Origin: Solirubrobacteraceae bacterium
GTDB lineage: Bacteria; Actinomycetota; Thermoleophilia; Solirubrobacterales; Solirubrobacteraceae
Assembly: GCA_035262945.1 (NCBI GenBank)
Contig: DATFRW010000351.1
Coordinates: 1 to 56,914, forward strand
Direction of reading: 5' to 3'
Length of the DNA stretch: 56,914 bases
Notes under the pieces: model-generated
Seen by the model: the letters and a program-made list of their open reading frames with translations, nothing else
What the model was told of the DNA's origin: nothing
Databases searched by the model: none
Part shown: piece after piece, positions 1 to 8,527 of the stretch
How positions within the stretch are numbered: position 1 is the stretch's first letter
Layout of the letters: every line of letters starts with the position of its first letter
Program-made: the position numbers and the translations under genes

Positions 1-32
1 CGCGAAGGCGATCACGTCGTGGTGCCGTCGTT

Positions 33-716
33 GTGAGCGACGAATCGGTGCTCGAACTGGAGGGGGTGACGAAGGTCTACGGCGAGCAGCCGCCGGTCCC
101 CGCCCTGCGAGGGGTGTCCTTCTCCGTGCGGCGGGGCGAGCTGGTGGCGATTGTCGGGCCTTCCGGGTCGGGCAAGTCCACGCTCCTGCACGTCATGGGG
201 ACGCTGGAGCGGCCCAGCAGCGGCGTGGTCCGGATCGGTGGGGTCGACGCGGCGCGGCTCGGCGATCGCGAGCTGTCGCGGCTGCGTGCTCGGGAGATCG
301 GGTTCGTGTTCCAGCAGTTCTTCCTGGCCGAACACGCCACGGTGCGCGAGAACGTCGCCGACGGGTTGCTCTACGCGGGCGCCCCCGCCGCCGAGCGGTA
401 CCGGCGCGCGGATGAGGCGCTCGCGCGGGTCGGCCTTTCCGCGCGCGCGGGGTTCAAGCCCACCAAGCTCTCCGGAGGCGAGCGCCAGCGGGTGGGGATC
501 GCCCGGGCGCTCGTCGGGCGTCCGGCGATCGTGCTCGCCGACGAGCCGACCGGGAACCTCGACAGCACCACCGGCGCATCGATCATGAAGCTCATCCGCG
601 AGCTCAACGCCGCCGGCGCCACGATCATCATGATCACGCACGACGCGGGCCTCGCCGATGAGCTGCCGCGTCGGGTTCGGATGCTGGACGGCCAGGTGGT
701 CTCCGATTGCGGCTGA
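33..716 (+). CDS. ABC transporter ATP-binding protein (MacB/LolD/FtsE-like)
   Basis: 227-aa ORF with Walker A GPSGSGKST, ABC signature LSGGERQR and Walker B IVLADEPT. The GTG start overlaps the stop of a truncated upstream ORF (GTGA). It overlaps the next gene by 10 nt. Confidence 0.9.
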   Translation: MSDESVLELEGVTKVYGEQPPVPALRGVSFSVRRGELVAIVGPSGSGKSTLLHVMGTLERPSSGVVRIGGVDAARLGDRELSRLRAREIGFVFQQFFLAEHATVRENVADGLLYAGAPAAERYRRADEALARVGLSARAGFKPTKLSGGERQRVGIARALVGRPAIVLADEPTGNLDSTTGASIMKLIRELNAAGATIIMITHDAGLADELPRRVRMLDGQVVSDCG

Positions 717-1909
717 CGGACGGGCTGCGGGTGGCGAGCGTCGGGCTGCGCGCCCGGCCGCTGCGTGCCGCGCTGTCCGCGCTCGGGATCGCGATCGGGA
801 CGGCGGCGATCGTGGCGGTTCTCGGACTGTCGTCGTCCTCGCAGGCCGGGCTGCTCGCCGAGATCGACCGGCTCGGCACAAACATGCTCACCGTCGAGGC
901 CGGCCAGAGCCTCACCGGCGGGGAGGCGAAGCTGCCGCTCGAGGCACCGGCGCGGATCACGCACCTGGACAAGGTCCAACTGGTGGCACACACCGGCCTG
1001 ATGAAGGAGGAGAACGTCTACCGGAACTCGATGATCCCGGCGGGCAACAGCGGTGGCCTCCAGGTACAGGCCACCAGCCTGAACCTGCTGTCGGTGCTCA
1101 CCACCGGCGTCGCGCGCGGCAACTGGCTCAACGCGGGCACTGCGCGCGAGCCGGTCGCGGTGCTCGGTTCGGCCGCCGCGGCGCAGCTGGGCATCGACCG
1201 GGTCTTTCCCGACCAGCGGATCTGGCTGGGAGGCCAGTGGTTCAACGTCGCGGGCGTCCTGAAGCCCTCGCCGCTGGCGCCCGACATCGACAACAGCGCC
1301 CTGATCGGCTATCCGGCCGCCCAGAAGTACCTCGGGTACGTGAGCGTGGCCGGCGGCAAGACGAAGGCCGGCCCCCCGAGCACGATCTACGTGCGCACGG
1401 CCACCGGTCACGAGGCTGCCGTGCAGTCGCTGCTCGCGCAGACCGCCGACCCCGAGGCACCAAACGAGGCAAACGTCAGCCAGCCATCCGACGTGCTCAC
1501 CGCCCGGGCCGCCGCATCGGGAGCCTTCGACAGCCTCTTCCTCGGTCTCGGCGTCGTGGCCCTGATCGTGGGCGCCGTCGGCGTCGCCAACATCATGATC
1601 ATCTCGGTGCTGGAGCGCCGCTCGGAGATCGGCCTCCGACGCGCCCTCGGCGCGACGAAGGGCCAGATCCGGACGCAGTTCCTCGCGGAGTCGATCCTGC
1701 TCGCCCTCATCGGCGGCGTCGTCGGCGTGCTGGCCGGGGCCGCGGCAACGGCCGTGTATGCCACCTCGAAGAACTGGGCCGTCGTGATCCCCGCGGAGGC
1801 GTGGTCGGGCGGTATCGCCTCGGCCATCCTGATCGGCGCATGCGCCGGCCTGATGCCGGCCGTTCGCGCGTCTCGGATGCCGCCTACCGTGGCGTTGCGA
1901 ACGGTATGA
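707..1909 (+). CDS. ABC transporter permease, FtsX/MacB type
   Basis: 400-aa ORF with an N-terminal TM helix (ALSALGIAIGTAAIVAVLGL), a long extracytoplasmic domain and a C-terminal FtsX-like TM bundle. The TTG start is coupled to the ATPase gene. Confidence 0.88.
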   Translation: MRLTDGLRVASVGLRARPLRAALSALGIAIGTAAIVAVLGLSSSSQAGLLAEIDRLGTNMLTVEAGQSLTGGEAKLPLEAPARITHLDKVQLVAHTGLMKEENVYRNSMIPAGNSGGLQVQATSLNLLSVLTTGVARGNWLNAGTAREPVAVLGSAAAAQLGIDRVFPDQRIWLGGQWFNVAGVLKPSPLAPDIDNSALIGYPAAQKYLGYVSVAGGKTKAGPPSTIYVRTATGHEAAVQSLLAQTADPEAPNEANVSQPSDVLTARAAASGAFDSLFLGLGVVALIVGAVGVANIMIISVLERRSEIGLRRALGATKGQIRTQFLAESILLALIGGVVGVLAGAAATAVYATSKNWAVVIPAEAWSGGIASAILIGACAGLMPAVRASRMPPTVALRTV

Positions 1910-1969
1910 GCGGGAACTCGGCGGGGCTCCCTACCGCGTCCTCGCTGTTCGCTGACCCCGCCCACTCCG

Positions 1970-1999
1970 TTGACTTGCACGCTCCAGCCACCCTACGGT
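1970..1999 (+). promoter_or_regulatory. Candidate sigma-70-type promoter (TTGACT-18 nt-TACGGT)
   Basis: -35 TTGACT at 1970-1975 and -10 TACGGT at 1994-1999 with an 18-nt spacer. It lies in a lower-GC intergenic stretch upstream of an AAGGGGG RBS and a GTG. Confidence 0.35.
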
Positions 2000-2023
2000 C
2001 CGTCGCACGAAAGGGGGCTGCAA

Positions 2024-2203
2024 GTGAACCTCAGGCTTCGCCTCAGCGAATGGCTGCGCTACCGCCGCGAGCGTCGTGCAAGCCACCGACTCAATCGCGC
2101 CGGGCATCGCACCGATTGGTCCGCCGTGCGCGATGCCCGCACGAAGCACGGTCTGGAGCAACGGCCCGACGAGGATCAAGCGCGGAGCGGCGGCGGGACG
2201 TAG
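2024..2203 (+). CDS. Small, very basic hypothetical protein (59 aa)
   Basis: GTG start 6 nt after AAGGGGG. Third-position GC is moderately high. The stop lies in the loop of a GGAGCGG/CCGCTCC hairpin (about 2182-2212). No recognisable domain. Confidence 0.25.
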   Translation: MNLRLRLSEWLRYRRERRASHRLNRAGHRTDWSAVRDARTKHGLEQRPDEDQARSGGGT

Positions 2204-2248
2204 CCCGCTCCGGTTCGGTCGACCCCACGTTTGCGGCCCTTTCTTTGA

Positions 2249-2321
<73 letters not shown>

Positions 2322-2521
2322 AAAATGCCTGCAAATCGGCATCCTTGTCGCACCGAAATCACTGGCGCGAACAACTCCCATACTGCGCTGGTACTGCACG
2401 CGGCGTCAGGAAGCGATGCGGACAAGCGGGCCATGCAGGCCCCGAGTGTAGACCAGGACCAGGTGCGGTCAGCGGCCACTGCGCAGCGCAGGTCGGAGCG
2501 GGATCGAGACATTCCGGCGAC

Positions 2522-3022
2522 TCAGCGGGCCGGCGTGGCAGCCATGGCACGCAGCGCCGCTTCTACCGCGCCGTCGAAGCTGAATCCCTCCGACTGCTCA
2601 TGGCGCATGTCCAGTTCGTGCAGATAGTGCCGATGGATCATCGCCGTCGAGGTCCCGCAGTCGTCGGCGATGCGCTTGATGTCCTCACCCGCAAGAACCC
2701 GAAGCGAGATGTGCCCGCGCGGGAGCGAGTACGGCGTCGTCTTCTTGAGGAACGTCATCTCGTGGTCGCGCGCGGCAGCGTCGCGTCCGCACGCCTTGAT
2801 GTCGCGAATGAAGTTGTGCTGCTGCTCAAGCGTGTAATGGCCGTCGGCGCTGGCGCCGGGGATGATGAAGGCTTCGTCACCCGCCATCAGACCGCGAGCG
2901 ATCAGACGCGCTCGCCAGTCGCAGAGCTGCTGGTACAGCCACGGTCGCATCGTCATCGTCCTCACACCCTCGGCGGTCTTGGCGGTGGGGATGATGCGCC
3001 CGACCCGTGAGCGCGCAAACAT
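2522..3022 (-). pseudogene. Tyrosine recombinase (phage-type integrase) fragment, C-terminal catalytic half only
   Basis: The 166-aa ORF matches only the distal part of the integrase catalytic domain. The usual TPHDLRH box reads TTPYSLPRGH, and the C-terminal GHS..T...Y box reads CGTSTAMIHRHYLH. The N-terminal SAM-like domain, Arg-I and the Lys region are absent. Confidence 0.6.
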
Positions 3023-3407
3023 CCCCGCCGGGCCGCGCTACGCCCCCGGCGCCGACATCGGCGTCTCAATCCACGACGCCGCCCGCCAACTCGGCGTCTG
3101 CACCCAAACCGTCCGCCGCTGGCTGCACGAAGGGCTCCTGCCCGCCGAGCAAACCGCTCCGCACGCGCCGTGGCGCATCAAGCTCAGCGAGGACATCCGC
3201 CGGCGTTTCATTCCCGAAGTCCCCGACGGCTACGTCCGCCTCGCCGACGCTGCCGCCCGCACCGGCCTCGCCCGCCAAACCATCCTCAACCAAGTCCGCC
3301 GCGGCCAACGCGACGCCATCCACGTCACCCACGGACAACGCCGCGGCCTCCGCGTACAACTCCAGCCGCACGAACAAGGCCTCCTATCCCCGATCGGCGG
3401 CCACTGA
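2991..3407 (+). CDS. Excisionase/MerR-type helix-turn-helix DNA-binding protein (two HTH repeats)
   Basis: There are two HTH_17-like segments: SIHDAARQLGVCTQTVRRWLHEGLLP and VRLADAAARTGLARQTILNQVRRGQ. The gene is divergent from the integrase fragment. The start (ATG 2991) is uncertain. Confidence 0.5.
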   Translation: MMRPTRERANIPAGPRYAPGADIGVSIHDAARQLGVCTQTVRRWLHEGLLPAEQTAPHAPWRIKLSEDIRRRFIPEVPDGYVRLADAAARTGLARQTILNQVRRGQRDAIHVTHGQRRGLRVQLQPHEQGLLSPIGGH

Positions 3408-3421
3408 AGTGTCCATTTCGT

Positions 3422-3438
3422 CGAAAGGGATCCTTTCG
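3422..3438. terminator. Hairpin between convergent genes (CGAAAGG-gat-CCTTTCG)
   Basis: Perfect 7-bp stem with a 3-nt loop in the 49-bp gap between the HTH gene (ends 3407) and the dpaL-like gene (ends 3457). A second GC hairpin, GCGCGG/CCGCGC, lies at 3448-3465. Confidence 0.4.
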
Positions 3439-3456
3439 TGGATTGGTGCGCGGACG

Positions 3457-4512
3457 CTACCGCGCCTGGTCGACTGGCTCGCCAGCGGCGTTCGCGGCGG
3501 CGCCTTCGGTGCTGATCAGGACGACGTTCCCAGTCGATTCGAAGGGCGCCGCGTGGAGCCCTGCGAGGGCGGCCGCGCCGCACGGCCCGGCGAGTAGGCC
3601 GGCGGCGTGCAGTTCGCGCATGGCGGCGCGGGTCTCGTCGTCGGTGACGGCGACGGCGACGTCGAGCCCGTCGCGCACGGCCGGCCAGGCGAGCGAGGAG
3701 ACGGTGCCGCAGTTCAGGCCGGCCATGATCGTCGGTGCGGAGGTGTCGACGCTCACCGGCTCGCCGGCGGTTAGCGAGGCCGTGACGCAGGCCGCGGTGA
3801 CGGGCTCCACGGCGAGCACGGCGGGGCGCGCGCCGTCGGCGCGGTAGTGCTCGATCGCCGCTTGCAGCAGCGAACCGACGCCGGTCGGCACCACCACCAG
3901 GCCCGGCTCGAGCAGTTCGTCGATCTCGGCGAACAACGTCTTGTAGCCGGCGACGATCCAGTGCGGCACATCCTCGTAGCCCGCCCACGCGGTGTCCTGG
4001 ATGAGCACGCCGCCGCTCTGCGCGGCCATTCGCACGGCGTCGTCGTAGATGCGGCCGGTGGCGATCACCTCGGCGCCCTCGGCGACGATCGCCTGGATCG
4101 TGCTTCCCGACAGCCCGGCCGCCACGTAGACGCGTGCGGGCAGGCCGAGTTGCCGGGCGATCCATGCCAGCGCCCGGCCGTGGTTGCCGTCGGTGGCCGT
4201 CACCAGCGTGGTGTCCATCCCGCGCGTGCGCTCGATCAGCGCCTCCAAGCTCGGCGCGGGCGGGAGGCCAAGCCGCGCGCTGAGCGCGCAATTGGTCGCC
4301 CACGAGGCGCCGAGGACCTTGAACGCGGGCAGGCCGAAGCGGTCTGACTCATCTTTGACGTAGAGCCCGTCGCGCAGCGGCACCAGCGGGGTGGCCGCGT
4401 AGCCGGGCATGGTCCGGTGAAAGGCAAGCGCCGACTCACCCGAGCTCGGCGCGATCCAACTGCGAGCGTTCGGGTTGGCCGCCCACGGGCGTGTTTGCTG
4501 ATCCGTGGCCAT
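3457..4512 (-). CDS. dpaL: Diaminopropionate ammonia-lyase (PLP-dependent, YgeX/DpaL family)
   Basis: 351 aa. KDESDRFGLPAFKVLGASWA carries the PLP lysine, and TATDGNHGRALAW, QDTAWAGYEDVP.WIVAGY and TIMAGLNCG follow the YgeX pattern. The ATG overlaps the upstream stop (TGATG). Confidence 0.85.
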   Translation of the reverse strand: MATDQQTRPWAANPNARSWIAPSSGESALAFHRTMPGYAATPLVPLRDGLYVKDESDRFGLPAFKVLGASWATNCALSARLGLPPAPSLEALIERTRGMDTTLVTATDGNHGRALAWIARQLGLPARVYVAAGLSGSTIQAIVAEGAEVIATGRIYDDAVRMAAQSGGVLIQDTAWAGYEDVPHWIVAGYKTLFAEIDELLEPGLVVVPTGVGSLLQAAIEHYRADGARPAVLAVEPVTAACVTASLTAGEPVSVDTSAPTIMAGLNCGTVSSLAWPAVRDGLDVAVAVTDDETRAAMRELHAAGLLAGPCGAAALAGLHAAPFESTGNVVLISTEGAAANAAGEPVDQAR

Positions 4513-5627
4513 CAGACGCAGAAGCGGGTCGCAAGTTCAATCAGCGTGCGGGTCACCGCTTCGAGCGAGGCGACGCTCACCCACTCCTCCACTGCGTGCT
4601 CGCCCTCGCCGATCGGCCCGAAGAGGAGCGTCGGGATGCCCGCGGCGGACAGAAACGCGGCATCGGTCCAGTAGGGCGCTCCCGACAGGGGCGGGGCCGC
4701 GCCGAGCTCGGCGGTCGCGAGCTCGCGCGTGAGACGCACCAACTCGTGCCCGGGATCGATGGCGAAGGGCTCGCGGGTCAGCCCGGTGCGGACCGACACG
4801 CCGTCCGCGGCCAGGGCTTCGAGCTCGGCGGCGAAGGTCGCCTCGGTCTCCCCCGGCAGTGTGCGGCGCTCGACCGTGATCGTGCAGCTCGCCGGGTAAG
4901 AGGACGGTTCGCTGCCGCCTTCGATCGTCCCGGCATGCACCGAGCCGCAGCCGAGCAGCTCATCGGGGTCGCGAGCGGCGAGCTCGGCGTCGAGCGCGCC
5001 GATCCCGGCCAGCACCGGCGCGGCGCGAACGATCGCGTCGACACCGAGCTCGGGCCGCGAGCCGTGGGCCGCAACGCCGCTCACCGTGAGCTCACCCCAC
5101 ACGAACCCTTTGTGAGCGACGATGATCTCGTGCCGCGTCGGCTCCGTGATCACCGCGGCATCGGCGCGCAGCTGCCCGACCACCTCCTGGACCCCGAGCG
5201 AGGCGTGTTCCTCGTCGGCCACGCAGGCCACCACGACGTCGCCGGCGACCCCACGCGCGGCCGCATCGCGGGCAGCGATCAACGCGGCGGCGAGACCGCC
5301 TTTCATGTCGCAGGTGCCGCGGCCGTACAGGCGATCGCCGTCGCGCCGTGGGCGGTGCGGATCGGTCATACCGTCAACGCCAACCGTGTCCATATGCCCG
5401 CACAAGGCCAGCGTGCGACCACCGCCCCGGCCACGCGCGGTGACGAGCACCGAGGGCCGCCCGGCCGTCCGCTCGAGCAACTGCACCTCAAGGCCCTGCT
5501 CCGCGCCCCAGCGAGCGATGAAGGCGGCGATCGTGCTCTCGCCGGCGCCGCCCGGCACCAGCGCAGGATTGATGGAATCGATGGCCACCAGGTCAGCGGC
5601 AAGCTCTGCGACGTTCACGAGCGGCAT
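4512..5627 (-). CDS. M20 family metallopeptidase/deacylase (ArgE/DapE-like)
   Basis: 371 aa. CGHMDTV and GRGTCDMKGG are typical M20 metal and catalytic motifs. Coupled to dpaL. Confidence 0.85.
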   Translation of the reverse strand: MPLVNVAELAADLVAIDSINPALVPGGAGESTIAAFIARWGAEQGLEVQLLERTAGRPSVLVTARGRGGGRTLALCGHMDTVGVDGMTDPHRPRRDGDRLYGRGTCDMKGGLAAALIAARDAAARGVAGDVVVACVADEEHASLGVQEVVGQLRADAAVITEPTRHEIIVAHKGFVWGELTVSGVAAHGSRPELGVDAIVRAAPVLAGIGALDAELAARDPDELLGCGSVHAGTIEGGSEPSSYPASCTITVERRTLPGETEATFAAELEALAADGVSVRTGLTREPFAIDPGHELVRLTRELATAELGAAPPLSGAPYWTDAAFLSAAGIPTLLFGPIGEGEHAVEEWVSVASLEAVTRTLIELATRFCV

Positions 5628-5644
5628 GGTCGCTCACCCCGGTC

Positions 5645-5661
5645 GATCGCTTCCAACGATC
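5645..5661. promoter_or_regulatory. Candidate LysR-type (T-N11-A) operator GATCG-N7-CGATC
   Basis: Perfect 5-bp inverted repeat (gatcgcttccaacgatc) in the 62-bp divergent region between the M20/dpaL operon and the LysR gene. Confidence 0.45.
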
Positions 5662-5689
5662 TTCTACGAATTCGCGATAAGCTCAGCTG

Positions 5690-6589
5690 ATGCTCGACGC
5701 TCGCTGGCTGCGGACCTTCGCCGCGGTCGTAGAGCACCGCTCCTTCGGCGCCGCCGCAACGGTGCTCGGCTACACGCAGTCCGCGGTCTCCCAGCAGATC
5801 GCCGAACTCGAGCGCGCCGCCGGGCTCGCTCTCTTGGAGCGCCGCCCGGTTCGCCCCACCCCCGCCGGCGAGATCGCCCTCAAGGCCGCCCACCAAACGG
5901 GTGCCGTCCTCGACGCGGCCGCCACCGAGCTGCGCGCGTTACGCGATGGCACCGCGGGCACCGTCCGCATCGGCGCCTTCCGAACAGCCGCGGAGATGCT
6001 CGTCGCACCCGCGCTCGAAACCTTCGCCGACCAGCACCCCAACGTCCGCGTCTGCATCGCGCAACTCGAGACCACCGCCGCCTACGCCGCCCTGATCAGT
6101 GGCGAAATCGACCTCGCCGTCACCTTTGACGACCAGCTCGAACACGCCCACGCGCCCGCGCCGATCACCCTCCGCCACCTCTTCACCGACGACGTGCTCA
6201 TCGCGCTACCCCACGGGCACCGACTCGCAGACCACGACGAAATCCTCCTCGGCGACCTGACATCAGAACGCTGGATCGACGCGCCCAACGCCGGCGACGA
6301 CTTCGCCCTCGCCCGCCTGCTCCCTGACCGTGAACGCGGCACCTCCTACGACGGCGACGACTTCGCGGTCGTTCTCGCCCTCGTCGCCGCCGGACTCGGC
6401 ATCGCCCTGATCGCCGGCCTGGCGGCACACGCGTCCCCCGCCGTCGTGACCAAGCGACTCGCCGGCCCACAGGTCGGGCGCGACATCAACCTCGCACGAC
6501 TGGACCTACAGACCGTGCCACCCGCCATCAGTGCGCTCGAAGCCCACCTCGCCGACACCGGGCGCCAGTTGGGCGGAGCCCAGACTTAA
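5690..6589 (+). CDS. LysR family transcriptional regulator
   Basis: 299 aa with N-terminal wHTH LRTFAAVVEHRSFGAAATVLGYTQSAVSQQIAELE and a C-terminal substrate-binding domain. Divergent from the M20/dpaL operon. Confidence 0.9.
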   Translation: MLDARWLRTFAAVVEHRSFGAAATVLGYTQSAVSQQIAELERAAGLALLERRPVRPTPAGEIALKAAHQTGAVLDAAATELRALRDGTAGTVRIGAFRTAAEMLVAPALETFADQHPNVRVCIAQLETTAAYAALISGEIDLAVTFDDQLEHAHAPAPITLRHLFTDDVLIALPHGHRLADHDEILLGDLTSERWIDAPNAGDDFALARLLPDRERGTSYDGDDFAVVLALVAAGLGIALIAGLAAHASPAVVTKRLAGPQVGRDINLARLDLQTVPPAISALEAHLADTGRQLGGAQT

Positions 6590-6938
6590 CCCTCAATCGA
6601 CGCATCGTTCTGCTCAACGCGAGCGTCTTGCTACACGCGCCGGTGCACAGCGACACGGCGCGGCGATGACCTCCCGGAGGCGACGGTCAGCGGGCGAGGG
6701 AGCCCGCAATGCCCGGGGCAGGACCGCGTGGGGTCACGTGGACGTCGGGGCCATCGTGTTGCCGGTGTCGGCCAGCGCATGCCCTCGCCGAGGCCCTCGT
6801 TCTGGGGCGTCATCCGGGAGCGTGCGTTCCTTGCGCTCTGCGTAGTTGACGACGAGGCTCAGCGCAAGGCGCGCGGCACCGGGCTAGTGCACCTGCGGCG
6901 GCGTGCGCGCGCAGCCGACGCGGTCGCGCTGGCGCCGC

Positions 6939-7631
6939 TCACGCCGCCGGCCCCGCGCGCAGAGGCTCGATCAGCGATGTGCTCACGACAACGTCGGCGT
7001 ACTGCCGGTCGAGGTCGAAGAGCGCTGTGCGGTGCGAGACGTCGATGCGGTCGAAGACGCAGTCCTCCGGGACGATGGTGCGGAAGTTGTAGGAGACGGC
7101 GTCGACCGCGGTGGCGCGCACGCAGTTGCTGGTCGAACCACCGGTCACGATCACGGTGTCGACGCCGCGATCGACCAGCAGAGCGAGTAGCGGAGTTCCG
7201 AAGAACGCGCTGGGCTTCTTCTTGACGAGCACAAGGTCGGAGTCGGCGGGCGCGACGGCGTCGGCGATCCGCGCGCCCTCGCTGCCCTCCAGGCACCAAC
7301 CCTCGGTGCTCAGGAGATCGCGCTTGCGACCGTAGGCGCCGATGTCGGCGCCGTCGCGGCGCAGCTCGAAGCGCGTGTAGACGACCGGCGCGCCCGCCGT
7401 GCGCGCCGCGTCGAGGAGCGCAGCCAGGCGGTCGAGCGCGGCGACGGCGGCGGGTCCGCACGCGGAGGGGTAGTCGTGCGTCGACCCCGGCGGCGGGCCG
7501 ACCATGTAGTTCTGGGCGTCGATCACCAGGACGGCGGGCCGTGCGCCCATGCCGACCCGGCGCCCGAAGCGGGCGCGCGCGACGATCTCGCGGTCGCGCT
7601 CGCTGAGCAGGTCGTCCCACGGCCGGGTCAT
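6939..7631 (-). CDS. Isochorismatase-family cysteine hydrolase (N-carbamoylsarcosine amidase/nicotinamidase-like), paralog 1
   Basis: 230 aa from MTRPWDD. AVLVIDAQN (Asp), KKKPSAFFGT (Lys) and VTGGSTSNCVRATA (Cys) form the D-K-C triad context. The start overlaps the upstream stop (TGATG). Confidence 0.85.
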   Translation of the reverse strand: MTRPWDDLLSERDREIVARARFGRRVGMGARPAVLVIDAQNYMVGPPPGSTHDYPSACGPAAVAALDRLAALLDAARTAGAPVVYTRFELRRDGADIGAYGRKRDLLSTEGWCLEGSEGARIADAVAPADSDLVLVKKKPSAFFGTPLLALLVDRGVDTVIVTGGSTSNCVRATAVDAVSYNFRTIVPEDCVFDRIDVSHRTALFDLDRQYADVVVSTSLIEPLRAGPAA

Positions 7632-8527
7632 CACACGATCGCCACCGGCTGGACGATCGACGCCGTCGCCCCGCGCAGCCGCGCGGGCAGGATCGCGCAG
7701 AAGAACTCGTGGACCCGATCGCGCACGAGCTCGTCGGTGCGGACGTTCTCCAGCAGGTAGCAGCCGTACTGCGCGATGCAGTGCTGGTGGACCGGGAAGA
7801 CGAGGTCGTCGCGCTCCGCGCCCACCGCTTCGACGGCCCAGTTGTCGGCCCCGATGACGGCGACCCGGCGATCGGTGCACCAGCGCGCGGCAGACAGCCC
7901 GATCCCGGGCTCGCCCGCGGCGTAGGCGGCATCATCGACGCCCCAGAGCGCTCCCCAACCGGTGTGCACGAGCACGACGTCGCCCGCGCCGACCTCGATG
8001 TCCTGGCGCGCCGCGGCCGCCTCGAGGTGCTCGTCGGTGATCGCCACGGTGGGGCCAAGCATGTCCCGTCCCTCGAGTCCCGCGACGTCGAGGAGCACCC
8101 CGCGCGTGACGATCGGGGGCACGGACTCGATCCCCAGGCGATCGACGCCCGTGGCACTGACGACCTCGGCGTAGCGATGGCCGTTGTAGGCGTGCTCGGC
8201 GATGCCGATGTGCGCAAGGCCGTCGAGGTGCGTGCCGCTGTGCGTGGCGCCCGAGACGGCCTCCTCGAGGAACGCCAGCCGGTTGGCGCCGAGTTCGCGG
8301 CCGGGAAGGGCACCGTCGGTCAGCAGGGCGTGCTTCCAGTAGCGCCACATCTGCGCCGGCGAGCCCTCGTCGAGAACCTGGGCCAGGCCGTAGCGTCGCC
8401 CCTGGCGGATGAGGCCGGCGGCGGCGCGGACCGTCTCGGGCTTGATCTCGTTGGCGGCCCCCAGCGTGTCGTCGGGCCCGTAGCGCTGCGGAAACGGCAG
8501 GTCGGCGGGGTTCCAGACCTCCGTCAT
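7631..8527 (-). CDS. Cyclase family protein (kynurenine formamidase-like fold)
   Basis: 298 aa from MTEVWNP. The HSGTHLDGLAH motif matches HxGTHxDxPxH. ATGA overlap with the upstream gene. Confidence 0.8.
   Translation of the reverse strand: MTEVWNPADLPFPQRYGPDDTLGAANEIKPETVRAAAGLIRQGRRYGLAQVLDEGSPAQMWRYWKHALLTDGALPGRELGANRLAFLEEAVSGATHSGTHLDGLAHIGIAEHAYNGHRYAEVVSATGVDRLGIESVPPIVTRGVLLDVAGLEGRDMLGPTVAITDEHLEAAAARQDIEVGAGDVVLVHTGWGALWGVDDAAYAAGEPGIGLSAARWCTDRRVAVIGADNWAVEAVGAERDDLVFPVHQHCIAQYGCYLLENVRTDELVRDRVHEFFCAILPARLRGATASIVQPVAIV

Noticed and set aside
1-36. The last 11 codons (..REGDHVVVPSL*) of a plus-strand ORF entering from the left edge, with its stop overlapping the ABC ATPase GTG.
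   Set aside because: It is too short to identify or to prove coding. It is plausibly the end of a membrane-fusion/adaptor gene of the same efflux operon, but that is a guess.
6590-6938. A 349-bp gap between convergent lysR and the isochorismatase-like gene. It contains a CGCGCCG/CGGCGCG hairpin (6636-6662) and short ORFs (6631-6813 minus; a minus-frame stretch ..LVVNYAERKERTLPDD..).
   Set aside because: No ORF has a credible start, motif or length. The hairpin may be a terminator, but its loop is 13 nt and there is no U-tract. The region may be a gene relic, but I cannot support any call.
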